Source of the DNA: Promethearchaeota archaeon
GTDB lineage: Archaea > Asgardarchaeota > Lokiarchaeia > Sigyniarchaeales > SOKP01
Direction: 5' to 3'
Length of the DNA: 64,000 nt
Assembly (NCBI GenBank): GCA_029838195.1
Contig: JALGVJ010000011.1
Span: 32,001 to 96,000 of the forward strand
Below, piece by piece: positions 45,140 to 55,959 of the stretch (its first letter is position 1; each line of letters opens with the position of its first letter). The position numbers were made by a program, and so were the translations under genes. Below the pieces are notes generated by a model that ran no database searches, was not told where the DNA came from, and was given only the letters and a program-made list of their open reading frames with translations.

Positions 45140-46960
45140 ATGGAGTTTTTACCTAAAATTTTACCTAAAGTGTATAGAACGGAAGGCGATATGGTGGATT
45201 TTGATCCCTCTAAAATATTTGAAAGCATAGTAAAAGAAACGGGCATGGATGAGAAAAATGCGAATAAAATTACAGAATTAACTACCCGGCGAATTATCAG
45301 TTCTGGCATAAAATTCCTGTCAGGCCCACACATTCGCGAAATTGTATGTTCGATTTTATCCGAGCAACATTTTGAAAAAGAGAGGAAATTGTATACAAGA
45401 ATTGGAATGCCTCTCATGGATTATGAAGAGATATTAGAGCATCCTCCCGAAAAATTAGGAGCTTTCCCAGAAAGCGTGCATCAAATTGCAGCTAATCAGC
45501 TATCCTTGGAATATACTCATTTGAGGATCTTGAGTGAAGAAGAGTCAAAGGCTCATTTATATGGAGATATTTACATTCATGGCTTAGAGAATTTTGAGTT
45601 GAAACCTACTAATCAATATTGGGATCCCCGCTTAATTTTAAAGAATGGGTTGCCACCCTTGAAAAATTATCGAAACGGATGTAGACATGCTCCCGCACGC
45701 ACAATTGAAGAGGCTATTTTGCATCTTACAAAATGGTTGGCCATGACTTTCCATGAATTTAATGGCATTCAAGGGTATCTATTCCTGAATGATTTTCTTG
45801 CGCCTTATATTAGGGGATTGGATGATGAGCACGTTAAAAGAACAATGAAATTGTTAATACATGAACTAAATCAATTAAATCTCACGACAGGGCGTAGGTT
45901 ACCCATTACATTCATTTCTACTTATCCAGGAATAGTTTCTTCTCTCGAAAAGCTTCCGGCAATAGGGCCAAAAGGAGAGGAAAAAGGAATATTGGGAGAT
46001 TTTTCAGAGGAAGGTTTGAAATTATATAATATCATAGTAGATCTATTCAAAAAGGGTTGCATTGAGAAAAAACCATTAGTAACACCGAGACACTTCATTT
46101 ACCTTGATGACCATGTTGTTAAACAAGAAAATGATCATGGCTTTTTCCAAACCACATGGGAGGAGAGCTTAGGGCCTAACATTCCAATATTCATCAATCT
46201 TAGAGGGGGCCAACTTCAAGAATTAAAGGAGGAATTTAAAAATCCACAGAAATTCTATAATCACGGAATTCTTCAGAAAATAACGTTAAATCTACCGAGA
46301 TATGCATATTTAAGCAGAAATGAAGATGAGTTTCGGGAAATTTTACGGGAAAAAATGGAATTAAGTTTGGGTATTTTAAAGAAAAAAAAAGAACTCATTC
46401 AGAAAAGGCTGTTAAATAGGCAATTACCATTATGTAGTAGTGAACATGAACAAAATGAAAAAATATATAATTTGGAAGATCAAATCCTCGGCATTGGATT
46501 TATCGGATTGAATGAAACAGTTAAAATATTAATTGGTGAAGAGCTTCACGAATCGGAAAATGCATTCGAATTAGGATTGAAAATAGTCAGAGAAATAAAG
46601 AAATATTGCACGGAATATTCAACCATTAGGTCCATGAATCTTGCTCTTTTTGATTGTAATTCGCAAAAAGTCACTTCGAGATTCACAAATTTGGATCTCA
46701 AGCATTTTTCTGATAAAATTCAATTACCGCTCAATGGTATCACAAGAGTTTACAGCCAATCAAGCAAATTTAATGAGGAAGTAGAAACCGAACTCTTGAC
46801 ATGGATTAAAAAGCAAGGTCAATTTCATGAATTAATTAACCGAGAAGTCATGGAATATTTCCCTAAAAAGTTCATTGAAGGTTCCATAGAGGAGTTTAAA
46901 AAATTTGCTCTTGTTTCACTTAAAGAATCCAAGCTTGGTGCATATACTTTTAGATTTTAA
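45140..46960 (+). CDS. ATP-cone + class III RNR (NrdD)-like protein lacking the catalytic Cys residues and glycyl-radical domain
   Basis: FDPSKI ATP cone, AHLYGDIYIH, TLNLPR, IGFIGLNE, RF..LD; ends without a RITGY-type motif. Confidence 0.75.
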   Translation: MEFLPKILPKVYRTEGDMVDFDPSKIFESIVKETGMDEKNANKITELTTRRIISSGIKFLSGPHIREIVCSILSEQHFEKERKLYTRIGMPLMDYEEILEHPPEKLGAFPESVHQIAANQLSLEYTHLRILSEEESKAHLYGDIYIHGLENFELKPTNQYWDPRLILKNGLPPLKNYRNGCRHAPARTIEEAILHLTKWLAMTFHEFNGIQGYLFLNDFLAPYIRGLDDEHVKRTMKLLIHELNQLNLTTGRRLPITFISTYPGIVSSLEKLPAIGPKGEEKGILGDFSEEGLKLYNIIVDLFKKGCIEKKPLVTPRHFIYLDDHVVKQENDHGFFQTTWEESLGPNIPIFINLRGGQLQELKEEFKNPQKFYNHGILQKITLNLPRYAYLSRNEDEFREILREKMELSLGILKKKKELIQKRLLNRQLPLCSSEHEQNEKIYNLEDQILGIGFIGLNETVKILIGEELHESENAFELGLKIVREIKKYCTEYSTIRSMNLALFDCNSQKVTSRFTNLDLKHFSDKIQLPLNGITRVYSQSSKFNEEVETELLTWIKKQGQFHELINREVMEYFPKKFIEGSIEEFKKFALVSLKESKLGAYTFRF

Positions 46961-47137
46961 TAGATCCCTCTTGCAAGTGAATTTTTACCGAAAATGTTAA
47001 TATCAAAAATTTTATATTTTTTTAATTTACATTATTTTTAAAGAACCCAGAATTAATAACTTTTAAGTTATTAAAAGGAACTTCAATCGACCATGCCTCT
47101 TGAATTAAGGGTTCTTTAACCATCAGGAGATATAAAC

Positions 47138-48553
47138 ATGAATGGTAAAAATGACCAAAACCTCATTCAATCTATTGTATTGAGCATTTTCGAAGAAAAT
47201 GGGCCTACTTTCGTAAATAAGTGGCCTTCTAGTCTAAGTGAACAAGACGCACTTCTTATAGCGATAAAGACAATAAGTCTCTTGATGGGAGATAAAGTAT
47301 ATCAATCGGGAACAGATATTGAGGGCATGAACTATTATGGAATTCTTCCTTTTCCAGATTTAGAATTAAATGGGCTTACTTATTTTTTCTTAATCCCCGA
47401 TAAAATGGCTAGAGGAAATGCTAAAGCTGCTACGATAACCATTTTAATACGGGAAGAAAATAACACGTTCTTTTATGATAACATGAATTATTTACGCATC
47501 CTAATGGATGAAACCGCCTCTAAAATTCAGAAGATTCCCAATGGCACGAAATACCAAAAAGAAATGGAACACTTTAGATTAGAATTACTGGAATATACCA
47601 AGAATTTAAAAGAGATTTTTTCCTCGAGCCGAAAAATTAAAATCCTCATAAGTGGTTTGGACCAAGCTGGTAAAACGAGTTTTTTATTGGGCGTTAAGAA
47701 AAAGTATTCGGAAATTATAAAATCCACACCAACAAAGGGCATATCCCGCACCTCGGAAAAAATCTTTGCCGATCAGCAGTCCATAATTTCCATTTGGGAT
47801 TTAGGAGGGCAAAAGAGGTACAGGGAGAAATTTCTAGAACAATATAAAGTCTATCTGTATAATATTGATCTTCTATTTTATTTTATTGACATCCAAGATG
47901 AAAATCGAATTGAAGAAGCCCTTTTGCTCTATAAAACCCTAATTCAAAAATTGAAAGAATTAAATGAATTTCCTTCGATAGTAGTTGTATTAAATAAATT
48001 TGACCCCGATCTAAAAGAATCCATTCCTACTCGAAAACGGGCAGAATACATTAAAAAGGAAATAAAAAATTATTCTGACACCTTTTTCGTAAAGGTGTTT
48101 GAGACTTCAATTTTCGATCAATGGTCTTTAATTTCAGCCTACTCATTTGGGCTTTCTCACTTAAGTCCAAACAGAACATTGTTTAAAAATCAGTTAAAGC
48201 AGTTGGCAGAAGAAACTAATTCTAGTGCATTTTTACTGTTAAATGAAAATGGAATAATCTTATCGGATTATGCCATGGATCAAATATCCGGAAAAGTGTT
48301 TGAAATATCGGCGCCTCATTTTCAGACCCTCTACAAAACATTTAAAGAATTCAAGATGTTAAAACAAGATTTTATCGTATCTTCGGGCGTCGCGGATGAA
48401 GGTAAAAAAATAGTATTCAAAAGAATTAAAGTCGGAAAATACGATTTATACCTGCTGTTTCTTCTTGAAAAAGGCGTGGAGATCCAACAATTTGACGATT
48501 CGCTCAGAAAATTCTCTCAAAATATTAAATCACTCATTACCATGTACATTTAG
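47138..48553 (+). CDS. Longin/uDENN-like domain + small GTPase + roadblock-like domain
   Basis: SIFEENGP, ARG N-domain; GLDQAGKTS, WDLGGQ, NKFD, ETSI; LLNENGIILS. Confidence 0.85.
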   Translation: MNGKNDQNLIQSIVLSIFEENGPTFVNKWPSSLSEQDALLIAIKTISLLMGDKVYQSGTDIEGMNYYGILPFPDLELNGLTYFFLIPDKMARGNAKAATITILIREENNTFFYDNMNYLRILMDETASKIQKIPNGTKYQKEMEHFRLELLEYTKNLKEIFSSSRKIKILISGLDQAGKTSFLLGVKKKYSEIIKSTPTKGISRTSEKIFADQQSIISIWDLGGQKRYREKFLEQYKVYLYNIDLLFYFIDIQDENRIEEALLLYKTLIQKLKELNEFPSIVVVLNKFDPDLKESIPTRKRAEYIKKEIKNYSDTFFVKVFETSIFDQWSLISAYSFGLSHLSPNRTLFKNQLKQLAEETNSSAFLLLNENGIILSDYAMDQISGKVFEISAPHFQTLYKTFKEFKMLKQDFIVSSGVADEGKKIVFKRIKVGKYDLYLLFLLEKGVEIQQFDDSLRKFSQNIKSLITMYI

Positions 48554-48691
48554 GCCTTAGTATTTCTTAAAGATCCAAATGAGATGTTATTGATATTTTC
48601 AGGCGTTTTGGGAATGTAAAATATTAAAAAGAAGGCGTTATATTCGATAGAATTAAAAATATTAAATTCCATTATCAATGTAAAAAAGCAT

Positions 48692-49360
48692 TTGAATCTA
48701 TTCATAGTGATATATAAAATCTTTTTAATTGATGGGGAGAGCGGGATAGCTGTTTTAGAAGTGAGTTTTAAAGAATTCAAAAAACGTAATATAACCAGAA
48801 CCATTATATTTCCGAACTTCTTCCGTGCTATTAATGATACGATTGATAATATCCATGCGGCAATGGCAAAAGGAAGAAAAATAAATGAAATGCTGCGACT
48901 CATTGAATCTGAAGATGCTACCATGCTCATTTTTTATCATCCCCTTTCGAGAATATTATGTTGTTCCATTTCGGACGCAGATGATGATCTCGAACAATTA
49001 AAAACAGCCATTCAACAAATAGGGTCACGGTTTTGGAAAAAACATTCTTCTGATATTGAATTTTTCAGAACAACGGGAGAAAAAAGCCGATTTTCAAGCT
49101 TTATTATAGATGTTGAAATTCTTACCATGGGAGGTAAAATTGCGGAAAAGTTCCCTAAATCCCTTTTAAGTAAGAATGTATTGGATAAAGTTTATTCCAT
49201 GGGAATTATTGATGATTTAGAATATAAGATTGCCTTGGCTTGCACGGGAGAGGCATCCTCGCTTAAGATTGCACGCCAATTTCAAAAACCCAGGAAAGAA
49301 ATTGAAGAAATATTAAAAAAATTAGAAAAATTGGAAATAATCATTGAAGAACGCAGATAA
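48692..49360 (+). CDS. Longin-like domain + C-terminal winged helix
   Basis: FLIDGESGIAVL strand pair; C-terminal HTH SSLKIARQF...EIEEILKKLEKLEII. Confidence 0.6.
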   Translation: MNLFIVIYKIFLIDGESGIAVLEVSFKEFKKRNITRTIIFPNFFRAINDTIDNIHAAMAKGRKINEMLRLIESEDATMLIFYHPLSRILCCSISDADDDLEQLKTAIQQIGSRFWKKHSSDIEFFRTTGEKSRFSSFIIDVEILTMGGKIAEKFPKSLLSKNVLDKVYSMGIIDDLEYKIALACTGEASSLKIARQFQKPRKEIEEILKKLEKLEIIIEERR

Positions 49361-49537
49361 ATTTTGTATTAATCTCTCTTTACATTATTCTATATTTAAA
49401 AATGCCTCAGCCAAAATATTAATATTTTTAATCGAAAACACATGGCTTTTTATCTTTAGATATGGTTAAAGGGAAAAAATTAATAATTATCAATAATTAG
49501 TGTACATGTTTCTCTAAGAAAAACGAGGTTACTTGAG

Positions 49538-50179
49538 ATGTCAGAAAAGGTTGTTGCCATGGTAAAATCCTCCTCACGCGATAAACATTTACGAGAAGGA
49601 AAAGGATTTTCTTTACCAGAAATACGAGAAACAGGAAAAGATATTAAGCTCCTTAAAGAATTAGGGTTAAGAATAGATTATCGGAGAAAAACTATACACG
49701 ATTTCAACGTGAGTAAACTTAAGGCTCTAGAGGTTCCTAAAAAGAAAACTGCTAAGAAAGAACCGTTTAAACCTAAAGAAAAGAAGAAGAAAAAGAAAAA
49801 AATTAAACCACTAAAAGAAAAAGAAGAAATAAAAGAAACTCCAGAAGAAACGGGTAAAAAGAGAAAGGCAAAAAAAGAAAAGGAAAAGAAAGTAAAAGTT
49901 GAACCTAAGAAAAAAGTCCCCGAACAAAAAGAAGAAATCATTGAAAAGCCCAAAAAAGAAAAGAAAAAAGAGGAAATTCCTGCAGAGGAGCCTATTCCTT
50001 TAACAAAACTTCCCGGTTGCGGGCCTGCTACTGCTAAAAAGCTTGCAGAGATCGGAATTTCCTGCGTTCAAGATTTAATTGAAGAAGACCCCGAAGAAAT
50101 TGGAATGTTAATAAAAGGAGTTTCCGCTGAGCGTGTAAAAGAATGGCAAGAAGAAGGAAAAAAATTAATAAATAAATAA
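49538..50179 (+). CDS. rpl13e: Ribosomal protein L13e fused to a K/E-rich linker and an HhH domain
   Basis: REGKGFSLPEI, LGLRIDYRRKT.H..NV..L; C-terminal LPGCGPATAKKL. Confidence 0.85.
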   Translation: MSEKVVAMVKSSSRDKHLREGKGFSLPEIRETGKDIKLLKELGLRIDYRRKTIHDFNVSKLKALEVPKKKTAKKEPFKPKEKKKKKKKIKPLKEKEEIKETPEETGKKRKAKKEKEKKVKVEPKKKVPEQKEEIIEKPKKEKKKEEIPAEEPIPLTKLPGCGPATAKKLAEIGISCVQDLIEEDPEEIGMLIKGVSAERVKEWQEEGKKLINK

Positions 50180-50492
50180 TTACATCTTTAAATTTTTTAT
50201 TATTCTTGTTTCTTAAGAAAATTAAATGTTTTACTCAATGATTTTTTTATTTTTAAAATTTAATCCGGATTTTTAACTAAAACATCATGATTTTTCAAAA
50301 AAAAATATCTTTTTACTCTTAAATGAAAGAACTTCTCATGACATGAAATGAAAAAAGAAATTCCCTCTAAAAATGCTTTTCTTCTTTTAATGTCTCAACA
50401 CCTATTAAAAAATTTTCGCTTTTTTAAAATTACAAATAAATTTAATAAATTGATACATTTTATTCTTTCTAAAAATAATGAACTAACCCAAA

Positions 50493-50990
50493 ATGCCGCT
50501 GGAAAAAACCACGTATTTTTATGAAAAACCAGAATCTAACATTAGCATTACAAAAATGCCCATTTGGTTTGAAGAAACTTCCGCAGAAGGAGATCCGGAA
50601 AATGGCTATATTTCATGGGAAACTGTTAATCAATACGACGAGATCTGGGGCGCTATGGCTAAAATTGATTTACAATATTCAAAATTAGAACGGTTTAAAT
50701 TCTTTCATCCAAAAGAAGTTCAAAAAACCATCGAACAATTCAATGCGATTAATATTACCGTGTCTAAAAAAGAAAATGATTGGATAAACACCCATGAATT
50801 AACGATCTGGTATGGAAAACGCAATAAGTTAATAAGGAAGCGATTTTATAGAGAAAATTCCATTCATGCGATTTTTTATTGCGACATGTCTGAACGCCTT
50901 TTCTCCATTCATGCGTCCCTGATCGAGGAGCATTATGAAGGATTTAAACCGTATATTATTAATGCGTTTAAATCCATTAATTGCCATTAA
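50493..50990 (+). CDS. Hypothetical protein
   Basis: 165-aa ORF with protein-like composition. Confidence 0.65.
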   Translation: MPLEKTTYFYEKPESNISITKMPIWFEETSAEGDPENGYISWETVNQYDEIWGAMAKIDLQYSKLERFKFFHPKEVQKTIEQFNAINITVSKKENDWINTHELTIWYGKRNKLIRKRFYRENSIHAIFYCDMSERLFSIHASLIEEHYEGFKPYIINAFKSINCH

Positions 50991-51069
50991 ATAATTAATT
51001 GGAGAAATTTATATCATTAATTTACTCATTCTATAATTTCTTTTCATTTTCGGGAGGATTTCTCTCGCT

Positions 51070-51828
51070 TTAAGCATCAAAATGGTTTTTTTCATTCCAT
51101 TCTCTTTTTTTAGCTAAAATAAAATAATTATCTTCCTGAGTAGGACCCCCACTACGTTGAAATTCTATAATCTCAAATTTGGCAAAATAATTCTTAATTT
51201 CTCTTTTCGAAAATAGATGATAAAATCGCGGATGGGTTTCCCTTGTCTTACTTGAAGTCCATCCAACAAGAATGTCTCCAAATTCAAAAAGGTTCTTTTC
51301 TCGCTGTTTTTGAGAATAGCCAGGAATCAAAAAGCGTTTTACCGCATCTCCAATGAAATAATTTTTAAAATTTTTTTGCCATCTTCGCCAAACTGTCATT
51401 AAGAGATAACCATCATCCTTTAAGATTTTATAAATTTGATTTATTACGGATACTCTTTCCGATTTTCCTCGGATGTGATGAAAAGCAGCGATGGAAAAAA
51501 TATTCTCCACAGAATTTTCCCGAAATGGAAGATTTAATATATCTGCTTGTAAGAGATGAATGATCCTTTTTTCTTCTTCATTTAAATCATCGCTATTTTT
51601 GAGAGTATTTAATGCGATATTTAATAAGTTCCAAGAATTATCCACTCCAATTACCGTTTTACAAATAGTTTTAAACAAGTGAAAATGTCGACCATGAGCA
51701 CATCCAAGATCAATTAAAATCCCTTTAAAATTAGCACCTTCTTCCCTGACTTTACTTAAAAATTTTACCAAAGGCCTCCAAGGTTTACTACGCTTGCGGG
51801 CATAATCGTCAGCAATAGCATCAAACAT
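51070..51828 (-). CDS. Class I SAM methyltransferase, Trm9/ALKBH8-like
   Basis: FDAIA..Y...R.KPW, DLGCAHGR, IAAFHHI, GDILV.W, RFYHLF. Confidence 0.85.
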   Translation of the reverse strand: MFDAIADDYARKRSKPWRPLVKFLSKVREEGANFKGILIDLGCAHGRHFHLFKTICKTVIGVDNSWNLLNIALNTLKNSDDLNEEEKRIIHLLQADILNLPFRENSVENIFSIAAFHHIRGKSERVSVINQIYKILKDDGYLLMTVWRRWQKNFKNYFIGDAVKRFLIPGYSQKQREKNLFEFGDILVGWTSSKTRETHPRFYHLFSKREIKNYFAKFEIIEFQRSGGPTQEDNYFILAKKREWNEKNHFDA

Positions 51829-52068
51829 GGGAAATTCAAATTTAAATTTTCGATGAAAATTCCATTACATTATCATGAATCCATGAAATTAAAATGTGGA
51901 AAAATAAAAAATTCTCTGCTGTTCTTTCTCCACTAATAAACCATAGCCCCTTCTTAAATCAAGATTTTACCTTTAAATCGAATGTAGCAAGTAGATTTTT
52001 TAATCAGGATAATTCAAATTCAAATTATAATTAAAAAAAAAGAAGGTTTTAATTTATTGTTTTACTTT

Positions 52069-52836
52069 CTACTGATTGCGATTTTTTAATTTCTTTCTTA
52101 CCATTAATCCTCGAGAAGAAAACACCAGAGTATAAATTCCAGTAGAAGAAGAAAAAATCGTAAAAAAACCCCGCTCGATTAACCATGCTAACGCTGCAAA
52201 TAAAGTTAACCATTCCGAAAATTTCACGATTTCCTCTGTAATAAAAGGGATTACTAAAGCACCAAGAGCAATAATATTATAATAAAAATAAAACAAGCTA
52301 ACGATAAATCCAAAAACAACTTGAAATTTTGGTATTTTTCGTGACTTCCGTTCTAGTAACGTATACAAAACACACCAGAAAAAGCTTCCATAGAAATAAA
52401 AAGAAGCTGCAATACCATGAAGCGTGGTGGAAAAATCTAATGGAAATACGCCCACAAAAAATAATCCGGATAAGGAACAAATGCAAGAAATCCAAGTAAG
52501 CGTTCTCAGTTTCTTTTGAATCTGTTGCTTTTTTAAATCTTTCATTAGGTAATAATGAAAAAAGAACATTAAACAACTCGTACTCATGACGCCCAAATTA
52601 AAAACGATACTCGCTCCATTCGGTCCCCTCCCTAAATCGCTAATCCAATTAGTGAAAAAATTAAACTCCTCTACGGAAGAGTATAATTTAAATGCGATTC
52701 CTATGGAAAGTGCGCTTGTAAGAGCAGAGAATAAGGCAAAATATCCCCCATTTAAGTATTTGTATACCAAGTCTAATCTAAAATTTGAATTAAAAATAAA
52801 AGCCGATAACTCCTTTATTTTTTTTCTCCTATTCAA
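52069..52836 (-). CDS. DUF998 / Frag1-DRAM-Sfk1-like membrane protein
   Basis: NWISDLG, FNLG, VGVFP, LHGIAA, EW. Confidence 0.75.
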   Translation of the reverse strand: MNRRKKIKELSAFIFNSNFRLDLVYKYLNGGYFALFSALTSALSIGIAFKLYSSVEEFNFFTNWISDLGRGPNGASIVFNLGVMSTSCLMFFFHYYLMKDLKKQQIQKKLRTLTWISCICSLSGLFFVGVFPLDFSTTLHGIAASFYFYGSFFWCVLYTLLERKSRKIPKFQVVFGFIVSLFYFYYNIIALGALVIPFITEEIVKFSEWLTLFAALAWLIERGFFTIFSSSTGIYTLVFSSRGLMVRKKLKNRNQ

Positions 52837-53024
52837 GCTTAATAACCCCTACCAATTGACTGAAAAGATATATTTCATACTAAATTAATAACTAATACTT
52901 TTAATATTAGGTCAAATATTTAATGAAAAAAAAAGTATTTAAATTTAACGAAATGAGAAAATCATGGTGCCCATATGTTCTCGTTTTTCCATGGCAAGGA
53001 GAATTCTGAACTGAAAGGAGAATT

Positions 53025-53843
53025 TTAAGAATCCTCTTGCTTAAGCTCCTGAGGTTTTCTCAATTTTAGTCGAGCAGTAAGTTTTTTAAAAGTAGCCGAA
53101 TATCTATTTATAATTAGGGAAAGAACTATTATAAGGATGATGCTTCCGAGCATTGCTCCGGAAATCCAATAATCATTGAATAGGAGATACGAAAGAGGAA
53201 AGATTGGAAGACAATAACATGCAATTTGAATGATAATAACCTTTTTCTTTGGTAAAACTATAAGCGCATATCCCACGGCTAACATGACAAGAACTACCAA
53301 TAATATACTATAGAGTTCCACGTTTTTTAAAGAAAATTCATCTGCTTTTTCTACTATTACATATAAAATTGCAATAAAAGATGCAATGGAAATTCCTGCT
53401 CCCACGATCGGAATTAATAATAAGAAAATTAAGATAATGACTCCTGCTATTAATTGGAAATAGTAATCTTGAGTTCTGGGGCCGACATAAATTGTTATTG
53501 AATTAATAATTAATAATATTAAAGGTAATAAATATATAAGCGATTGTCCTACAAAAAGAGCTTTAATTGGACGATGCTCAAATTTTCGCATTAAATATAA
53601 ATAGAAAAAAGAGAACCCGATTAAAAGAAGCATCAAAAAGCTAATATGAATGTCCTTATCAATGGATCCGCTTATTACGAGAAAATTTTCAACCGTTAAG
53701 ATGCCGATAAAAATTATCAAGGAAATGATGATTCCGGCAATGGGAATGATCATTAATAGTGCCAAGATAATGATGAAAAAAAGAATGCTTTCAATAGAAC
53801 CCGGACGACTGGTAAAAAGATCTAAGAAATTTTGATATAACAT
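53025..53843 (-). CDS. Multi-pass membrane protein with an internal duplication
   Basis: LLMIIPIAGIIIS repeated as LLLIPIVGAGIS; about 9 TM helices. Confidence 0.7.
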   Translation of the reverse strand: MLYQNFLDLFTSRPGSIESILFFIIILALLMIIPIAGIIISLIIFIGILTVENFLVISGSIDKDIHISFLMLLLIGFSFFYLYLMRKFEHRPIKALFVGQSLIYLLPLILLIINSITIYVGPRTQDYYFQLIAGVIILIFLLLIPIVGAGISIASFIAILYVIVEKADEFSLKNVELYSILLVVLVMLAVGYALIVLPKKKVIIIQIACYCLPIFPLSYLLFNDYWISGAMLGSIILIIVLSLIINRYSATFKKLTARLKLRKPQELKQEDS

Positions 53844-53965
53844 TATGACCCTTTATTCTTTATTTCCTATTCGTATTCTTTTTCGCATTCCCTATTCGAT
53901 TAATTAATAAAATACGGCTTGCTTAATAAAGAGAGTAATTTTTTAGATTAATATTGCAAGATGTT

Positions 53966-54601
53966 TTAATCTTCGTGCGGATCTTCCTCCAATTGGAATA
54001 TTAATAGGAGAAAATTATCCACTAAAGGTCGTATTTTACCTTCTTTAACGGCTACATTCCAGTTATTTAATAATACCGCATTAGCATTCATTTCCTCAAT
54101 GGTGATTTTTCCGATTTCAATCCATTGTCGCTCATCAATTTTCGGGGAGTCCCTGCTTATTCCCACACAATACTCTTTTGCTTTTTCCGCATACCCCATT
54201 TTAATTTTCCCCCTTGTTTTATCGTTTTTATTGAGGAGGAGCTGAAAAGTAAAGGGAAAGGTTCGACAAAACATCGGCCTATCCGGATAAATTTTACATC
54301 TTTTTCCCACCTCATCATAAAAATAACAAGCACCAGAGGGTTTTTTTAAAAGGCCGATATAGGCCATTCCTCTTTCGGTTTTGAGGGGAGTTAAAACCAA
54401 CTTTCGAGCGTTCTCTTCAGTGATTTGTTCTTCCATCACGTAAAAACCTAAAACAGCTTTTAGTTCTTCAAAATTTAAATTTAAAGCGTTCTTTATGCGT
54501 AAAATATCTAAATACGTGACATTCACTAAAGTATTTTTATCCGTGCAGCATTTTCCGCATCTTTTACATTCAAATCTAAAATCTTTAATCTCTTCGGCCA
54601 T
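53966..54601 (-). CDS. YkgJ-family CxxCxxCC cysteine-cluster protein
   Basis: CKRCGKCC, C.FY...C.IY..RP..CRTFPF. Confidence 0.88.
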   Translation of the reverse strand: MAEEIKDFRFECKRCGKCCTDKNTLVNVTYLDILRIKNALNLNFEELKAVLGFYVMEEQITEENARKLVLTPLKTERGMAYIGLLKKPSGACYFYDEVGKRCKIYPDRPMFCRTFPFTFQLLLNKNDKTRGKIKMGYAEKAKEYCVGISRDSPKIDERQWIEIGKITIEEMNANAVLLNNWNVAVKEGKIRPLVDNFLLLIFQLEEDPHED

Positions 54602-54953
54602 TGTTATTTCTTTATTTTTTATTCAAGCGTACAACAAGCTTTCCTCTAAATTTTTAAAATTTTTAATTTCAATTATCCTTTACCTTAAAATTTAATTTGA
54701 TTTGGCTCAGTTTTTATCATGTTTCAGGTTTGTTTCTTTTATTAATAAACTTCTTCAAAAAGCACTTGAATCTCCGTTTTATTTAATTCTCATGCCGATC
54801 TAATTTATTAAATTGTTGAAGTTTTGATTTTTTTAAAAAATCCTTAATTTTCAATAATCATCCCGTTCATAAATTATTTAAAAACAGGCATGTTATTTAT
54901 CTCTGGAAAGTTTAATTTTTTAAAATTAATTAGAGGGGGATGGAGAATCTACC

Positions 54954-55235
54954 ATGACTAACTTGAAAGAAAACGCCATGAAAATTTATAAAGCTATATT
55001 TGAAGGAAAAAAGCACGTAAACATTGACGGAATAGAATATTCCATTAAAAAATTTTCTAGCGGGATAAAGTATTTAGATTTATTTGGATACAGGTTTATT
55101 GAACAGAATCGAAATAAAAAATCAGAATGGGCTAAAAAAACAAGAGAAGGACATGAAATCATGTGGGTGTTAAAAGGTCGAAGATATGTCGCGAGAATAA
55201 TGGATGGTACCTACACGGATCTAATAAAAAAATAA
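54954..55235 (+). CDS. Small hypothetical protein
   Basis: FIEQN..KKSEWAK...GH.IMW; SD present. Confidence 0.7.
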   Translation: MTNLKENAMKIYKAIFEGKKHVNIDGIEYSIKKFSSGIKYLDLFGYRFIEQNRNKKSEWAKKTREGHEIMWVLKGRRYVARIMDGTYTDLIKK

Positions 55236-55302
55236 ATTTAGGTGTCAAGCCCATTTACGCAGGCGTCATGATTATTTTCTAGAGTCCATATCATATCGTT
55301 AA

Positions 55303-55959
55303 TTAATAAATTTTTGGAATAAGCTTGTATTTCACGCAATTTCTATAATCCACATATCCTTCTAATCCCTTGATGAGTAATTCTTCTTCAAATTTTATCC
55401 TGACAATGAGACTAATAACGCCGATTGCAGCTGGAATGAATGAAATCCAAGATCCTAAGGCGAGGGGAATTGCTATAATCATTAAGATGGCTCCCGAATA
55501 GAGAGGGTGTCGAACATGGGCATATGATCCCGTATCGATGAGTTTTTGATCTTCTTCGAGATCTAATAATTTAGACGCATGAGGATTTTCTAACATGGTA
55601 AGATACATGATTAGGAGTCCGATATTTGCCACAATAAGACCAAAAATCGTCAGAAATAAAGGAACTCTCGTCCATTGAAAGCGGTAATCCAGAGCTGGTA
55701 ATAAAAATGCACCTATAAATCCAATTGAAATTAAAGGAAAAATAATTTTATCCGAGCCAGCAGCTTTACGTGTTTGTTCCGTGATTCTTTCGTTTTTAAC
55801 TTTCATGCGACTTCGGAGAACTTGAGGGTTCTTCTTATTAATAATATGGAAATTTATTGAAATATTTAGCGTGAAAGTTATTATAAAGAGCCAAGCTTCA
55901 ATCCATATCCAAACACCAGCAATGAGAAAAAGGGGTAATCCAATATAGATTAATATCAT
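55303..55959 (-). CDS. Isoprenylcysteine carboxyl methyltransferase (ICMT/PEMT) family
   Basis: EN, LIDTGSYAHVRHPLYSG, RIKFEE..L, Y..Y...VKYKLIP. Confidence 0.88.
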   Translation of the reverse strand: MILIYIGLPLFLIAGVWIWIEAWLFIITFTLNISINFHIINKKNPQVLRSRMKVKNERITEQTRKAAGSDKIIFPLISIGFIGAFLLPALDYRFQWTRVPLFLTIFGLIVANIGLLIMYLTMLENPHASKLLDLEEDQKLIDTGSYAHVRHPLYSGAILMIIAIPLALGSWISFIPAAIGVISLIVRIKFEEELLIKGLEGYVDYRNCVKYKLIPKIY

